Shown here one piece after another: positions 7,892 through 18,638 of a DNA stretch of 25,142 bases (the stretch's first letter is position 1; each line of letters opens with the position of its first letter). The DNA is from a virus (lineage: Duplodnaviria > Caudoviricetes): IMG/VR virus record IMGVR_UViG_3300043423_000058, positions 1 to 25,142 of that record; one strand, given 5' to 3'. A program made the position numbers and the translations under genes. The notes below the pieces were generated by a model. It made no database searches. It saw only the letters and a list, made by a program, of their open reading frames with translations, and was not told the DNA's origin.

Positions 7892-9307
7892 ATGCTACTT
7901 CTAGACTTTAATAAATCGTATAGTAAAGGTATAATCTTAACTGATAATACAACATTAGAAAAGATCCGTAAACATTTCTCGGAGAGAATAGAAAATATTG
8001 CGATGATCAGAAAAAAAACCGGGAACAATCATATCCCGGATAGAAATTACGCCATTCCAAAAACTGGAATGTTTGATTTTGGTCTTCGAGAAGAAATCGT
8101 AAAATATCTGAATGATCATAATATCGAATTCCAGTTTACTGAAAAATATTTAACTCAAATCAATATAGGATTTAAAGTAGAAACCGTTTTTGACGGACTC
8201 AAAATTAAACATAGGGACTATGGACTGGAAGCGGTTTCAAATGCTTTAGAGAGTGGCTGTGGGACCATCATTAGTAGCACTGGAAGTGGTAAGTCATTTT
8301 TAACAGCATCATTGATCGAAAATATTAAAATGACTAATATTTTCGATGGGTTTAAATGTCTTATTATAGTTCCGGGACTATCATTAGTCGATCAACTCAA
8401 TAGCGATTTTATCGATTATGGCGTAACATTCACCCACTCTGGTTGGACTGGTAAAAATCCTTTAAAAGATACTGATGTTATTATATGCAATACTGAAAAT
8501 TTTTGTGCTTCTTTCGATAAGCATCCGTGGATACGAAATGTGAACGTCTTCATCCAAGATGAGTGTCATCGTATCAAAGCATCGAATAAAATATCCAAAA
8601 ACATATCCAAAGTAATCACCCCACACAAATTTGGATTTACTGGAACTTTACCGAAAGAGAAAATAGATGAGTGGAAAATTATAGGAACGTTCGGCCCAAT
8701 AATCTTTAAAAAAGAGAGTAAAGAATTGAGAGATTTGGGATTTTTGACTAATGCTTGTATTAAAGTGGTGAAATTAATACATCCGAAATCATCACATATG
8801 AATTATAAAAAAGAATTACAATTCATATATAATTCCCCAGCTAGACATATTATCATTAGGAAGATAATCCAGAAATTGGATAAAAATGTTCTAATTTTAG
8901 TCAATCATATTGAACATGGATTAGCAACTTTGGATATGATGTCCTCAATTGGAGGTAAGGATTGTTATTTCGTCCATGGTGGAATGCCAGTAGAAGAACG
9001 GCAGGAGATTATAAGAAGAATGGAGGTCCAAGATAATATAATTTGTATTGCGATGTCTTCTATTTTTTCGACGGGGATTAATGTTAAAAATCTACACTAT
9101 ATTATGTTTGTGGCAGGCGGGAAAAGCTTTATTCGCATTGTCCAATCAATTGGAAGAGGATTGAGATTACACGACTCGAAAAATAAGTTGACATTGATAG
9201 ATATCTGTGATAATCTTAGATATTCTATGGAACACGCAAAAATACGAAAAAAATATTACGACGAACAGGAAATAGAATGCAAATCTATAGATATCAAACT
9301 TAAATGA
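7892..9307 (+). CDS. uvsW: SF2 DNA helicase UvsW
   Basis: STGSGKS, DECH, GFTGT, FSTGINV and QSIGRGLR motifs. Confidence 0.92.
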   Translation: MLLLDFNKSYSKGIILTDNTTLEKIRKHFSERIENIAMIRKKTGNNHIPDRNYAIPKTGMFDFGLREEIVKYLNDHNIEFQFTEKYLTQINIGFKVETVFDGLKIKHRDYGLEAVSNALESGCGTIISSTGSGKSFLTASLIENIKMTNIFDGFKCLIIVPGLSLVDQLNSDFIDYGVTFTHSGWTGKNPLKDTDVIICNTENFCASFDKHPWIRNVNVFIQDECHRIKASNKISKNISKVITPHKFGFTGTLPKEKIDEWKIIGTFGPIIFKKESKELRDLGFLTNACIKVVKLIHPKSSHMNYKKELQFIYNSPARHIIIRKIIQKLDKNVLILVNHIEHGLATLDMMSSIGGKDCYFVHGGMPVEERQEIIRRMEVQDNIICIAMSSIFSTGINVKNLHYIMFVAGGKSFIRIVQSIGRGLRLHDSKNKLTLIDICDNLRYSMEHAKIRKKYYDEQEIECKSIDIKLK

Positions 9308-9759
9308 GTATATCAAAACCTCAAAAAGATACGTGGTATGTTTCACCGAAAGTGTTTCGTGAGCAAATTCAAACATATTACGATTCAGACATAATGAATG
9401 ATGAGCTAGCAATCAATCTAATGAAGATTGCTGAAGGTTTGAGCTACAAACATAATTTCATTAATTATTCTCCATCTTGGAAATCTGAGATGGTTGGCGA
9501 TGCTGTATTTAAAATGTATGCCGCTTTAGAATCAAAGAAATTTAGAATTGAATCGGAGTTTAGTCCGTTCGCGTATTTCAATCAGATTGCTTGGCACGCT
9601 TTTTGTAATAGAATTAAAAAGGAAAAAAAACAACACGATGGTTTAGAGGAATTTAAACAAATGACCTATGAAAATTCTATGCATAATGAATCTGGTGGTG
9701 GGTATGTTTATGTGAAACCGATGTTGGAAAATGATGAAAACGATGGGGATTATGAATAA
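9304..9759 (+). CDS. 55: T4 gp55-like late transcription sigma factor
   Basis: YVS..F, IAEGLS.K.NFINY..W..EM.GDA and PFAYFNQIAW.AF..RIKKEKKQ motifs; lies just before gp47. Confidence 0.9.
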   Translation: MSISKPQKDTWYVSPKVFREQIQTYYDSDIMNDELAINLMKIAEGLSYKHNFINYSPSWKSEMVGDAVFKMYAALESKKFRIESEFSPFAYFNQIAWHAFCNRIKKEKKQHDGLEEFKQMTYENSMHNESGGGYVYVKPMLENDENDGDYE

Positions 9760-9780
9760 TAATAAAATTACCAAATAAAC

Positions 9781-10800
9781 ATGTTGAAAAAATCTAGAGT
9801 AGCAATTTTTTCAGATCTCCATCTCGGTATTCATAATAACTCCGAAGATTGGCACAAGATAGCTCTCACATGGGCGGATTGGATAGTGTCTGAATTAACT
9901 GATAAAAAAATCAAAGATATATTCTTTCTCGGAGATTTTTTCGATAACCGTTCAGAAATATCTGTACAGACTCTCCACGTAGCATCTGAAATCTTTAATA
10001 AATTTAAAGATTTCAATATGTTTTGTATCATCGGGAATCACGACGCTTTCTATAAGAATAGATCCGACATACATAGTATGGGATTAGCATCAGGATATCC
10101 AAATATCACAATCATAGACCATAATCTAGAATTTGAGGTTTATGGTAAAAAATTCGCATTCGTTCCTTGGAATAACGATCTACCATCTGGTAGATTCGAT
10201 TATATTTTCGGCCATTTTGAAATCGTTAGTTTTAAAATGAATAATTTCGCGGTATGTAATAAAGGATTGTCTCCAATAGATTTTCTCGCCTCGAAAACCG
10301 AAAGGGTATTCTCTGGGCATTTTCATCGGAGAAGTACCGGAAAATATAATGAAGGAGAAATTCATTATGTCGGTAATACTTTTCCGATGGACTTTGCAGA
10401 CATCGATAATGAAAAAGGTTATCATATTCTCGATGTCGAGACTGGCGCATTTGAATTTTTCGAGAATACGGTCTCCCCAAAATTCAAGAAATTTAATCTA
10501 TCTAAAATCAAATCCATCAAGGAAGAAGACGTGAAGAACAACTTCGTCAAAATGATTGTTGACTTGGAGATAGATGATAAAAAGCTGGATAAATTCAAGG
10601 CGTATATCGGGAAGTTTGTCCCTTACCGATTAACTATCGATTATAATACAGTAAAATCCACCATCGACAACGTCGAAGAGATTGATTCTATCAATATTAT
10701 TGATATGTTTGATGAATTTATCGAACAGTTAAAATTGGAAGACGTGCAGAAAACACGTATCGACTCTGTAATCAAGGAACTTCATAGCAGAAATAAATGA
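9781..10800 (+). CDS. 47: gp47-like recombination nuclease (Mre11/SbcD)
   Basis: SDLHLG, GDFFD, GNHD and SGHFH phosphoesterase motifs. Confidence 0.92.
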   Translation: MLKKSRVAIFSDLHLGIHNNSEDWHKIALTWADWIVSELTDKKIKDIFFLGDFFDNRSEISVQTLHVASEIFNKFKDFNMFCIIGNHDAFYKNRSDIHSMGLASGYPNITIIDHNLEFEVYGKKFAFVPWNNDLPSGRFDYIFGHFEIVSFKMNNFAVCNKGLSPIDFLASKTERVFSGHFHRRSTGKYNEGEIHYVGNTFPMDFADIDNEKGYHILDVETGAFEFFENTVSPKFKKFNLSKIKSIKEEDVKNNFVKMIVDLEIDDKKLDKFKAYIGKFVPYRLTIDYNTVKSTIDNVEEIDSINIIDMFDEFIEQLKLEDVQKTRIDSVIKELHSRNK

Positions 10801-10882
10801 AAATAATAGAAGTAGAACACAATAATGCGCTACTGTTAGGTGGGTTGGAATTATGAGATTTCGGGATTAGATTCTAGGTATA

Positions 10883-12679
10883 ATGAAAAAAATAAAATAT
10901 AAAAATCTTAAAATTTCAAACTTCCTAAGCATTGGACACGATGTAGTGGAAATAGACTTTCAAAAAGGATTAAATCACATCACTGGGATTAACTCCGACA
11001 TTCCAGATAGAGCTAATGGGACGGGCAAAACTTCCATAACGAATGCTCATTTCTTTGCTTTATTTGGGGAGACTGTCAATAAAATTAAATCTGAATTTGT
11101 CCGAAATAATGTCACCAATAAAGACGGACTTATCGTTTTAGAATTTGATATCGAAACCGCCCAAGGAACAAAATCATACACTATTAAAAGGTATGTGAAA
11201 AAAGCTTCCAAGGTCGAATTATTCCAAGGTGATGTAGATATAACAAAACCAAGCATCAGAGAAACCGATAAATACATATGCGATCTTTTATCGACCAATG
11301 CTAATATCTACCGATGCTGTGACATTATGACAGTTCGGGATACTATTCCGTTTATGGAGATGGAATCCAAGGATAAAAGAGCATTTATTGAAAGTATTTT
11401 CGATATTGATGTTTTTGGGGTTATGTTAAAAGATCTTAAGAAGATGATTTCCGAAACCAAGAAAGACAAGGATGTATCAACCGCTAGAGTTTCAGAAATT
11501 GAGAAAAGTTTGAAATCTTTATTCGAACAAAAAGAGATCATCAAAAAACAAATAGAAGAAAAAGACGCCATTCTACAACGGAGAAGAAATGATCTAGAGT
11601 TAAGAATATCAACTACTCGATCTGAAATCGAGGCTATACATATAGCAGATACTTCTAAATTGGAAAACGATCAAGTGAAAGTTAAAAAAGTGGTGGAAGA
11701 TATCACTACTAAAATGTCCGATTTACAAATTGGAATTTCCCATAAAGGATTTTATATCGATGCTTGGGAAGATAATATTAAAAAATTATCAAATATTGAT
11801 GTGGGCATTAAGTGCGATAAATGCCTTCAGAATATTGAACATTCCCACATCGAAACACTGGAAACACAGAAAAAGGATCTGTCATTGTTGGTCGATGAAT
11901 ACCAACAAGGTATAGATTTATCAACCATCGAATATGATAAATTTAAAGCCCAACGATTGAAATTAATATCAAAGATCGAAGAAATCGAAGAAAATTTAGA
12001 TCAGATCGAAAAAAATAAAAATACTGTCAAAAATTTAAACCGAACTTTAATCGACATGGTCGAATCCTTATCGGAACTTGATAATGATATCGAAACAACG
12101 TCATTATCTCTCGATTCATTTGATGATAATATCAAAAACACCGAAGAACGGAATAGGGTAGAATGTGAAACTCTATCAGATCTCCAACAAAAATTAGCCG
12201 ATTACGATATCTGTAAATTTATTCTTGGTGAGGAAGGGGTTAAAAGTTTTGCGGTTAAAAAGTTACTCGATTTGCTTAATAATACTGTCGAAAAGTATCT
12301 GATCAAACTTGGATTAAATGTCCGAGTGAAATTTGATGAATATTTTGAAGAAGTTATCACGGCGGATGGTAAAGTTTTTTCATATAAAAATGCTTCAGGG
12401 GCAGAAAAAAAATCATTAGATTTCGCATGTGCGTTTAGTTTCTCTGATATGAGAAGGAAAATAACTCAGGCGAATTCTAATACCGAATTTTTTGATGAGG
12501 CACTTGACGGGGGGGTGGATACTGTCGGGGTACAGCTAATTTTGAATGTCTTGAAAGATAGAATCGATAAACATGATCTATGCGTATATCTTATTTCCCA
12601 TAGAAAAGAAGTGAAAGATCAGATCGATGGGGAAATAATTATGGTAGAAAAAAGAAACGGTATCACTAGAAGAATGTAG
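10883..12679 (+). CDS. 46: gp46-like SMC ATPase (Rad50/SbcC)
   Basis: NFLSIG, NGTGKTS, coiled coil with CDKC Zn hook, SGAEK signature, FDEALDG and LISH. Confidence 0.93.
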   Translation: MKKIKYKNLKISNFLSIGHDVVEIDFQKGLNHITGINSDIPDRANGTGKTSITNAHFFALFGETVNKIKSEFVRNNVTNKDGLIVLEFDIETAQGTKSYTIKRYVKKASKVELFQGDVDITKPSIRETDKYICDLLSTNANIYRCCDIMTVRDTIPFMEMESKDKRAFIESIFDIDVFGVMLKDLKKMISETKKDKDVSTARVSEIEKSLKSLFEQKEIIKKQIEEKDAILQRRRNDLELRISTTRSEIEAIHIADTSKLENDQVKVKKVVEDITTKMSDLQIGISHKGFYIDAWEDNIKKLSNIDVGIKCDKCLQNIEHSHIETLETQKKDLSLLVDEYQQGIDLSTIEYDKFKAQRLKLISKIEEIEENLDQIEKNKNTVKNLNRTLIDMVESLSELDNDIETTSLSLDSFDDNIKNTEERNRVECETLSDLQQKLADYDICKFILGEEGVKSFAVKKLLDLLNNTVEKYLIKLGLNVRVKFDEYFEEVITADGKVFSYKNASGAEKKSLDFACAFSFSDMRRKITQANSNTEFFDEALDGGVDTVGVQLILNVLKDRIDKHDLCVYLISHRKEVKDQIDGEIIMVEKRNGITRRM

Positions 12680-12691
12680 TTAAATATAATT

Positions 12692-13291
12692 ATGTTAATT
12701 TCAGAAGAAAATACATTAATATATAAACTATACGAATCTCCCGATAATATTCTAATAAACGGTAGATATCATCAATATAATGATATTTCGATAGGAAACT
12801 TTACAGGGATGATGGATGAGAGTGGTAATTATGTTGTGAGCGATGATGTTCGGGGTCATAGCGCATTGAAAAGAATGGTTAGGAGTTCCCAAGATCCTGT
12901 GAAATCAGTGAAAACTAATTTGACCAAATCTAGTGATGTGATTAGATTATTGAATAATGGAGCAGAGATTAGAATATGGCCCAAATTTGAAGTTTTTAGT
13001 ATGTGGAAATTATATGATATATCATCATATAAAGAGTCTATTACTGGTGCTATATCTAGAATAGGTGGTCATCCTGAAAGTTATTTATATGACGAATATG
13101 AATCCACTGAATATCAATCGTATGATGAAATCTTTAGTAAAGAATCTACTGAAGAAGATAGGTATAAACAGTTGGATCTTGTAACCCAGCGGGGTAGGAA
13201 TCAAAAAGCGTTGGGAGATTACATGGCTAGGAGTAAAGATGTTGATGATGACACTCCATCATTCTATAAACAGAAGAAAAAAGCCTATTAA
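12692..13291 (+). CDS. Hypothetical protein, possible virion-internal protein
   Basis: TTAAATA 5 nt before the ATG; N-terminal ..IYKLYESPD. Confidence 0.7.
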   Translation: MLISEENTLIYKLYESPDNILINGRYHQYNDISIGNFTGMMDESGNYVVSDDVRGHSALKRMVRSSQDPVKSVKTNLTKSSDVIRLLNNGAEIRIWPKFEVFSMWKLYDISSYKESITGAISRIGGHPESYLYDEYESTEYQSYDEIFSKESTEEDRYKQLDLVTQRGRNQKALGDYMARSKDVDDDTPSFYKQKKKAY

Positions 13292-13396
13292 CTTGAATGT
13301 GAACGAGAATTAGGTGAAAATTTAACGAAGAGACCAGCAGTGTTGGAAGCTGGATATAAATTTGACTTTTATATTATAAAGAAATAAATATGGGAT

Positions 13397-14584
13397 ATGT
13401 TTATTCAACCATTCTGTAACCCATTTCCAAAATCTCCATTCACAAATATTCAAAATTCTATTGTAAAAAAAGAAGAGATTAAAGAAAATAGGTATTTAAA
13501 TTTTTTGGCTGGTCGTGATGGTTGCGCGAGCTATCGTCGCGGATTTGTCGAAAACCACATCAATTTGACAGGTATTGGTGACGCCATGTCCACCACAAAA
13601 ATGATTCTCGATAAATCATTTTATAACGGTATTAAAACTATTACTCTCCAGAGGCAAGCATCCGATCACCAAAAGGAATTCATGGAGTTTCTTAAATCAA
13701 TTCAACCCGAAATGGGATTTAAATTGATCTACGAAGTGGATGATGTTGTCTTCCGAGAAGAAATACCTGATTATAATGCATCGAAACATGGGTTTGATGA
13801 TGATAAAATTCGACAAAACTGTGTCGATATGATCAACATGGTCGATGAAGTTACAGTGACATGTAAATTCATGCGAGATCTATATATCGAAAAAACTGGA
13901 AAAAAAGAAATCACAGTAGTTCCCAATTTTATGCCATATTGGTGGATTGGTCATCAATATGATTACCAGAAGATTTGTAATAATTTTGACAAGTTTAAAC
14001 GGAAGCCAAGAATTGTATATGCTGGTTCAGGAGCACATTTCGATATGAAAAATGCGGTGGGGCAGAAGGATGACTTCGAACATGTAGTTAAATTCATTAT
14101 CGATAATCGACATAAGTATCAGTTCGTTTTTATTGGAGCGTATCCACCACCTCTACGGCCTTATGTTGTCTCTCGGGAGATTGAGTTCCACCCATGGAAG
14201 AACCTTCTAGAATACCCAACATTCTTAGCTTCTCTGAATGCTCAATTATTCATTGCTCCTCTCCAAGATAATAATTTCAACAAAGCTAAATCCGATATTA
14301 AATTTATCGAAGCTGCTCAATTAGGTATTCCTTGTTTGTGTCAGGATCTTGTGACATATGCGACAGCACCAGATTCCCTTAAGTTTACGACCGCTGAAGA
14401 TTTAGATGATAAAATTCAAAAGATTCTAAAGAATAAATCTGGATATTATCGTCTGGTTAATGATCTAAGAAAAGTCGGTGCTTCAAGATTTCTCGAACTG
14501 GATCAGAATGTTGGAAGTTTCATGGAAAGCTTGAACACTGATTATAACTCCCCCCAGAGAAAATATTTAAAGTTATGGAATTGA
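13397..14584 (+). CDS. Glycosyltransferase, GT-B fold (GT4-like)
   Basis: YEVDD, DEVTVTC, VVPN, IVYAGS..H and IAPLQDNNFNKAKSDIKFIEAAQLGIP motifs. Confidence 0.85.
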   Translation: MFIQPFCNPFPKSPFTNIQNSIVKKEEIKENRYLNFLAGRDGCASYRRGFVENHINLTGIGDAMSTTKMILDKSFYNGIKTITLQRQASDHQKEFMEFLKSIQPEMGFKLIYEVDDVVFREEIPDYNASKHGFDDDKIRQNCVDMINMVDEVTVTCKFMRDLYIEKTGKKEITVVPNFMPYWWIGHQYDYQKICNNFDKFKRKPRIVYAGSGAHFDMKNAVGQKDDFEHVVKFIIDNRHKYQFVFIGAYPPPLRPYVVSREIEFHPWKNLLEYPTFLASLNAQLFIAPLQDNNFNKAKSDIKFIEAAQLGIPCLCQDLVTYATAPDSLKFTTAEDLDDKIQKILKNKSGYYRLVNDLRKVGASRFLELDQNVGSFMESLNTDYNSPQRKYLKLWN

Positions 14585-14643
14585 TCATCGCCTTTCAATA
14601 GCCCAGATCGGAAGTTTTTAAAAATGTGAAATTAGGTGAATTT

Positions 14644-15321
14644 ATGAAATTAGATGAATATAGATTAGGATTATTGTATGAGCAAATAGTTCGCGGAGAT
14701 TTTTTCCTAATTGAAGATTATCAGATTGATAAATTCGATTGGGATATCTATTTTTCAGACGATTATGTTGGAATCTATTCATCATTTTTAATTGAAAGTT
14801 ATGAGAAGATTAAAAATTTGGAACCAACTCCTGTGGGCGTTTTAGACCAATATAAAATATTCCTTAATAACGGCATGGAGTTTGTTTTAAACATCAATTA
14901 TAATAATGCTGAACAAATTCGAAAACTCTCAAAATGGGCAATTGCTGACGCAACTATAAAACATAGACAAGATATTGTAGATGGATATGTTTATTTTGAT
15001 AATATAAAAGATGATGAATATGTAGCTTTGGTGGAATTTCAGGATTCGAAAGGTAGGCATGATTCTACCGGAGAAGTTGGAGTTTATTCTAAAGAGGTAT
15101 TTTCGATGTTGACACAAGCGGTGACGGATAGTTTGGCATCGAATAATATGCATCTCAAAACGGTTGGAATTATGATGTTAGTCAACAAAAATGAACCAAA
15201 AAGATTAGCATTATATAAAAAGATTTTGGAACATAAACTTAAATATGTTTATCCTATCGTGTTCGTGGACAACAATACGAAAAGTGGAAATAATGTGACA
15301 ATTTTAATTGCCACTAAATAG
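14644..15321 (+). CDS. Hypothetical protein
   Basis: Likely start MKLDEYRLGLLYEQ at ATG 14644 (the track starts at GTG 14626). Confidence 0.7.
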   Translation: MKLDEYRLGLLYEQIVRGDFFLIEDYQIDKFDWDIYFSDDYVGIYSSFLIESYEKIKNLEPTPVGVLDQYKIFLNNGMEFVLNINYNNAEQIRKLSKWAIADATIKHRQDIVDGYVYFDNIKDDEYVALVEFQDSKGRHDSTGEVGVYSKEVFSMLTQAVTDSLASNNMHLKTVGIMMLVNKNEPKRLALYKKILEHKLKYVYPIVFVDNNTKSGNNVTILIATK

Positions 15322-15332
15322 GCTCGAATTAC

Positions 15333-15375
15333 ATGTGAACTACTACTAGGTCTTTAGCCTAACGGTAGTTCACAT
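15333..15375. mobile_element. Palindromic IS200/IS605 relic: two right-end termini around one hairpin core
   Basis: ATGTGAACTAC-TACTAGGTCTTTAGCCTAACG-GTAGTTCACAT: a perfect 11-bp inverted repeat whose core matches the family hairpin. Confidence 0.65.
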
Positions 15376-15438
15376 TCCCTGAAGAGAAACCTCAACTCGT
15401 TCAGTTTCTCTATGGATTTTAGATATTCGTGGATAGGC

Positions 15439-15466
15439 TTGACTTTCGGATTCTGCATACTACACT
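15439..15466 (+). promoter_or_regulatory. Sigma70-type promoter, probably a leaderless polymerase transcript
   Basis: TTGACT-N16-TACACT-N6-GTG start. Confidence 0.6.
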
Positions 15467-15472
15467 GCTCGT

Positions 15473-18019
15473 GTGAGCTATCGAAACTGTGCATATTCAA
15501 ATCGCGAAAAGACCATATTTTTATGGGGGTGGGACGCCTATGGAAATAGGACAAAACAAGAAATACCTTATAGCCCATACATATATCTCGAAGATAAACG
15601 AGGAGACGCTAAAAGCATCTACGGAACATCTCTCAAGAAAAAAGAGTTCTCCACCCAATATGAGAGGGGAAAATTTGTAAAGGAATCTGGTATTAAAAGG
15701 ATTTTTGAAAATCTGCCCCCATATCAACAATTTTTAATTGATGAATATTATAGAGATTGTGAGAGTGAGGATTTTTCGAAAAATCCATTAAAGGTGTGTT
15801 ATTTTGACATTGAGTGCCCATCGAATCCGAATATCGCTGGGGGCGGTTTTCCAGAACCCTCTCTAGCCGAACAAGTCATAAATCTTATCGTTTGTTATGA
15901 CTCCCTAACCAAAAGAAGAACTATTTTCGGTCTGAAAAAATTTACACCAGATAATGATATTACTGATTACTATCATTGCAAATCCGAACACGATCTATTA
16001 AAGAGATTTATAGGTCATATTTCATCAGATTATCCCGATGTGCTCTGTGGTTACAATAGTAACAACTTCGATATTCCATATCTCATCAATAGAATCACTT
16101 TCGAACTCGGAAAAGACTGGGCAGATGAACTATCTCCTATCGGGAGAATTTATGAAAAAGTGAATCCCAATGGCAAATTCGGGCAATCTACTACCGAGTA
16201 TGTAATCGAGGGGATGTCTTGTCTAGATTACTATGTGATGTATCAGAAATTCAACATGGAAAAACAAGAATCCTATAAATTGGATTATATTGGGGAGATT
16301 GAAGTGGGAGAGAATAAAGTAGAATATTCTGGAAGTCTTTGGGATCTGGCTAAAGATGATTGGAATACTTTTTGCCGTTACTGTATAAAAGATGTTGATT
16401 TAGTGGTTAAATTAGACGCTAAATTGGATTATATTTCCCTTTTACGATTTCTAGCATATACTGGATTATGTAGTTTAGAAAATGCGATCAAAACGGTTCC
16501 TTGTATGAATGGTGCCATCGCTATCAAGGCCAGAGAACGCGGAGAATGTATCCCCACGTTCGTCAAACCAATCACTAACTATAAAGCACCCGGAGGATAT
16601 GTGTCAGACCCTAAAATCGGGTTCGTAGAGAATATCGTATCATTCGATGCCAACTCACTATATCCATCTGTAATGATTTCACTAAATCTATCTCCAGAAA
16701 CTAAAATCGGAAAGGTTGAGAAGGTCGGAAATTTAATCAATATCCACCATGTCTCCGGGAGAACATTTGAGTTGACCCCCGATAAGTTTGCGCTTTTCCT
16801 AAACGAAGAAAAGGCATGTTTATCAAAATCTGGCCATTTATTTACACAGAAGAGAAAGGGCATCGTCCCCGAATTCTTAGATAATCTTTACACCAAGCGT
16901 AAAGAAATGAAATCTAAGATGATCAAAGCTAAAAAAATTGGAGATGAAGAATCTGCTAATAAATTCGATACTATTCAATACGCATATAAGATCCACTTAA
17001 ATAGTTTGTATGGGTATATGCTTAATAAATATGCCCCCATGGGGGATGATGATATCGGAACTTCCGTTACTTTAACGGGCCAATCAGCCATCAAACAAAG
17101 TAATATATTATTATTGGATTATATATCCAATAATTGTCCCTCGGCAGACGAGACAGATATTCATAACTCATTGATATATAATGACACTGATAGTGTATAC
17201 ACATCATTGAAGATTTTCGAAAAATATAACATCAAACTTAAAAATGGATTGGTCATATCACCAGAATTTTATAGTTTATGCGATGATATCGAATCCCATA
17301 TCAATACTGGTATGACCGAATGGGCTAAAAAATCACTCCGAAGCAATGATCCCAGATTCGTCTTTAAAAGAGAGTCTATTTGTGATTCTGGTATTTTTAT
17401 CGGTAAAAAATACTATGTGCTCCATATTTTAGATGATGAAGGGGTGCCAGTAAATAAATTCAAATATAAAGGTGTCGATGTGGTCAAAACTACCATGCCG
17501 AAAGTGGTTAAACCTTATGTTAAAAAGGTCATAGAACATATGATTAATACCAAATCTTTAACAGAAACGAATAATTTATTCAATGAAGCGTATGATATAT
17601 TTAAAAGTCTTCCAATTGAAAGTATTGCAAAGATTAGTGGTATGAATAATTACGAGCAATATTCTAAAAAATGTAATGATTTACAGATTATTAAAGGAAT
17701 GCCATCAAATACCAAATCAGCATATCATCATGATTATATAGTATCGAAACTGGGATTAGTTTCCAAATACGATAAGTTCAAATCGGGTGATAAAGTTAAA
17801 AGTGTTTATGTCAAGTCTCCGAACCAATACAATATTTCAAATATCGGATTCAAAGATACTTTCCCATCGGAATTTTCTGAAATATTTACCGTTGATTATG
17901 AGAAAATGTTTGATAAGATGTTTTTCGCGGCAATCGAAAGGTTTTATAATGCAGTTAATTGGAAATTGCGTAAACCTAACGAAAACTTAAAAATTGAAAT
18001 TGAAGATTTTTTGTCATGA
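15473..18019 (+). CDS. 43: Family B DNA polymerase (gp43-like)
   Basis: Exo motifs FDIE, GYNSNNFDIPYL and YCIKDV; pol motifs SFDANSLYPS, KIHLNSLYG and YNDTDS; C-terminal IEDFL clamp-binding-like tail. Confidence 0.97.
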   Translation: MSYRNCAYSNREKTIFLWGWDAYGNRTKQEIPYSPYIYLEDKRGDAKSIYGTSLKKKEFSTQYERGKFVKESGIKRIFENLPPYQQFLIDEYYRDCESEDFSKNPLKVCYFDIECPSNPNIAGGGFPEPSLAEQVINLIVCYDSLTKRRTIFGLKKFTPDNDITDYYHCKSEHDLLKRFIGHISSDYPDVLCGYNSNNFDIPYLINRITFELGKDWADELSPIGRIYEKVNPNGKFGQSTTEYVIEGMSCLDYYVMYQKFNMEKQESYKLDYIGEIEVGENKVEYSGSLWDLAKDDWNTFCRYCIKDVDLVVKLDAKLDYISLLRFLAYTGLCSLENAIKTVPCMNGAIAIKARERGECIPTFVKPITNYKAPGGYVSDPKIGFVENIVSFDANSLYPSVMISLNLSPETKIGKVEKVGNLINIHHVSGRTFELTPDKFALFLNEEKACLSKSGHLFTQKRKGIVPEFLDNLYTKRKEMKSKMIKAKKIGDEESANKFDTIQYAYKIHLNSLYGYMLNKYAPMGDDDIGTSVTLTGQSAIKQSNILLLDYISNNCPSADETDIHNSLIYNDTDSVYTSLKIFEKYNIKLKNGLVISPEFYSLCDDIESHINTGMTEWAKKSLRSNDPRFVFKRESICDSGIFIGKKYYVLHILDDEGVPVNKFKYKGVDVVKTTMPKVVKPYVKKVIEHMINTKSLTETNNLFNEAYDIFKSLPIESIAKISGMNNYEQYSKKCNDLQIIKGMPSNTKSAYHHDYIVSKLGLVSKYDKFKSGDKVKSVYVKSPNQYNISNIGFKDTFPSEFSEIFTVDYEKMFDKMFFAAIERFYNAVNWKLRKPNENLKIEIEDFLS

Positions 18020-18267
18020 ATATTAACGAAGCATATATAACAGGGTTGAACCACTCAGAGGAAATCACCATCAAGATTATGACTCAATTGATCAATAATC
18101 AACCATTGGATATTTACAATAATCCACAATTAGAAACCCTGAAAAACATTCTGAAAATACAGTTGGATTATGTCAACAAGTTGGCGAATAATAAAAAGAG
18201 TAATGTTGGAAAACACGCTCTAGAAGAATTAAAAAAATCGAGAGAATTGGTTGAATATCGGAATTGA
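18016..18267 (+). CDS. Hypothetical protein (83 aa)
   Basis: ATGA overlap with the polymerase stop. Confidence 0.6.
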   Translation: MNINEAYITGLNHSEEITIKIMTQLINNQPLDIYNNPQLETLKNILKIQLDYVNKLANNKKSNVGKHALEELKKSRELVEYRN

Positions 18268-18285
18268 TATGTTAAATTTAAGCAT

Positions 18286-18636
18286 ATGGAACACAAACAA
18301 ACACACGTAGCACTAATCGACCATGTGGGTCGCAACATCATTGGGAAACTGGTCGTTGAAACCGACTCAACGATAACAATCGAGAATCCAGTCATTCTCC
18401 ATGTCCAACCCCAGCAGACTGGCCAACTAGAAGTTCAAACATTCCCAGTATTCTTTTTTGAATTTATCGATAAATCAAATCGGGATAAGAATGCTTGGAC
18501 TTACACCAAATCTAATGTTGTCACAAGCAATGTAGTTTTGGACGACCGTATTCTTTCTCAATATGAGAAGATTAATACCCCCCCTGAAGAGCCAAAGACA
18601 TCATCCCCTCGTGTAATCTCTATCAATGATCTATAA
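18286..18636 (+). CDS. Small beta-rich protein, possible Sm/Hfq-like fold
   Basis: GRNIIGKLVVETDSTITIENPVIL resembles the Sm1 motif. Confidence 0.55.
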   Translation: MEHKQTHVALIDHVGRNIIGKLVVETDSTITIENPVILHVQPQQTGQLEVQTFPVFFFEFIDKSNRDKNAWTYTKSNVVTSNVVLDDRILSQYEKINTPPEEPKTSSPRVISINDL

Positions 18637-18638
18637 TT

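Noticed and set aside
10797-10856. 19-codon ORF coupled to the gp47 stop
   Set aside because: Too short to support; possibly a gene remnant.
13296-14644. Shared AATGTGAA..AATTAGGTGAA words at ~13297-13319 and ~14623-14640, and GAATGTGAAC resembling the element's right end
   Set aside because: The matches are only 8-11 bp in AT-rich DNA with no family hairpin, so chance cannot be excluded.
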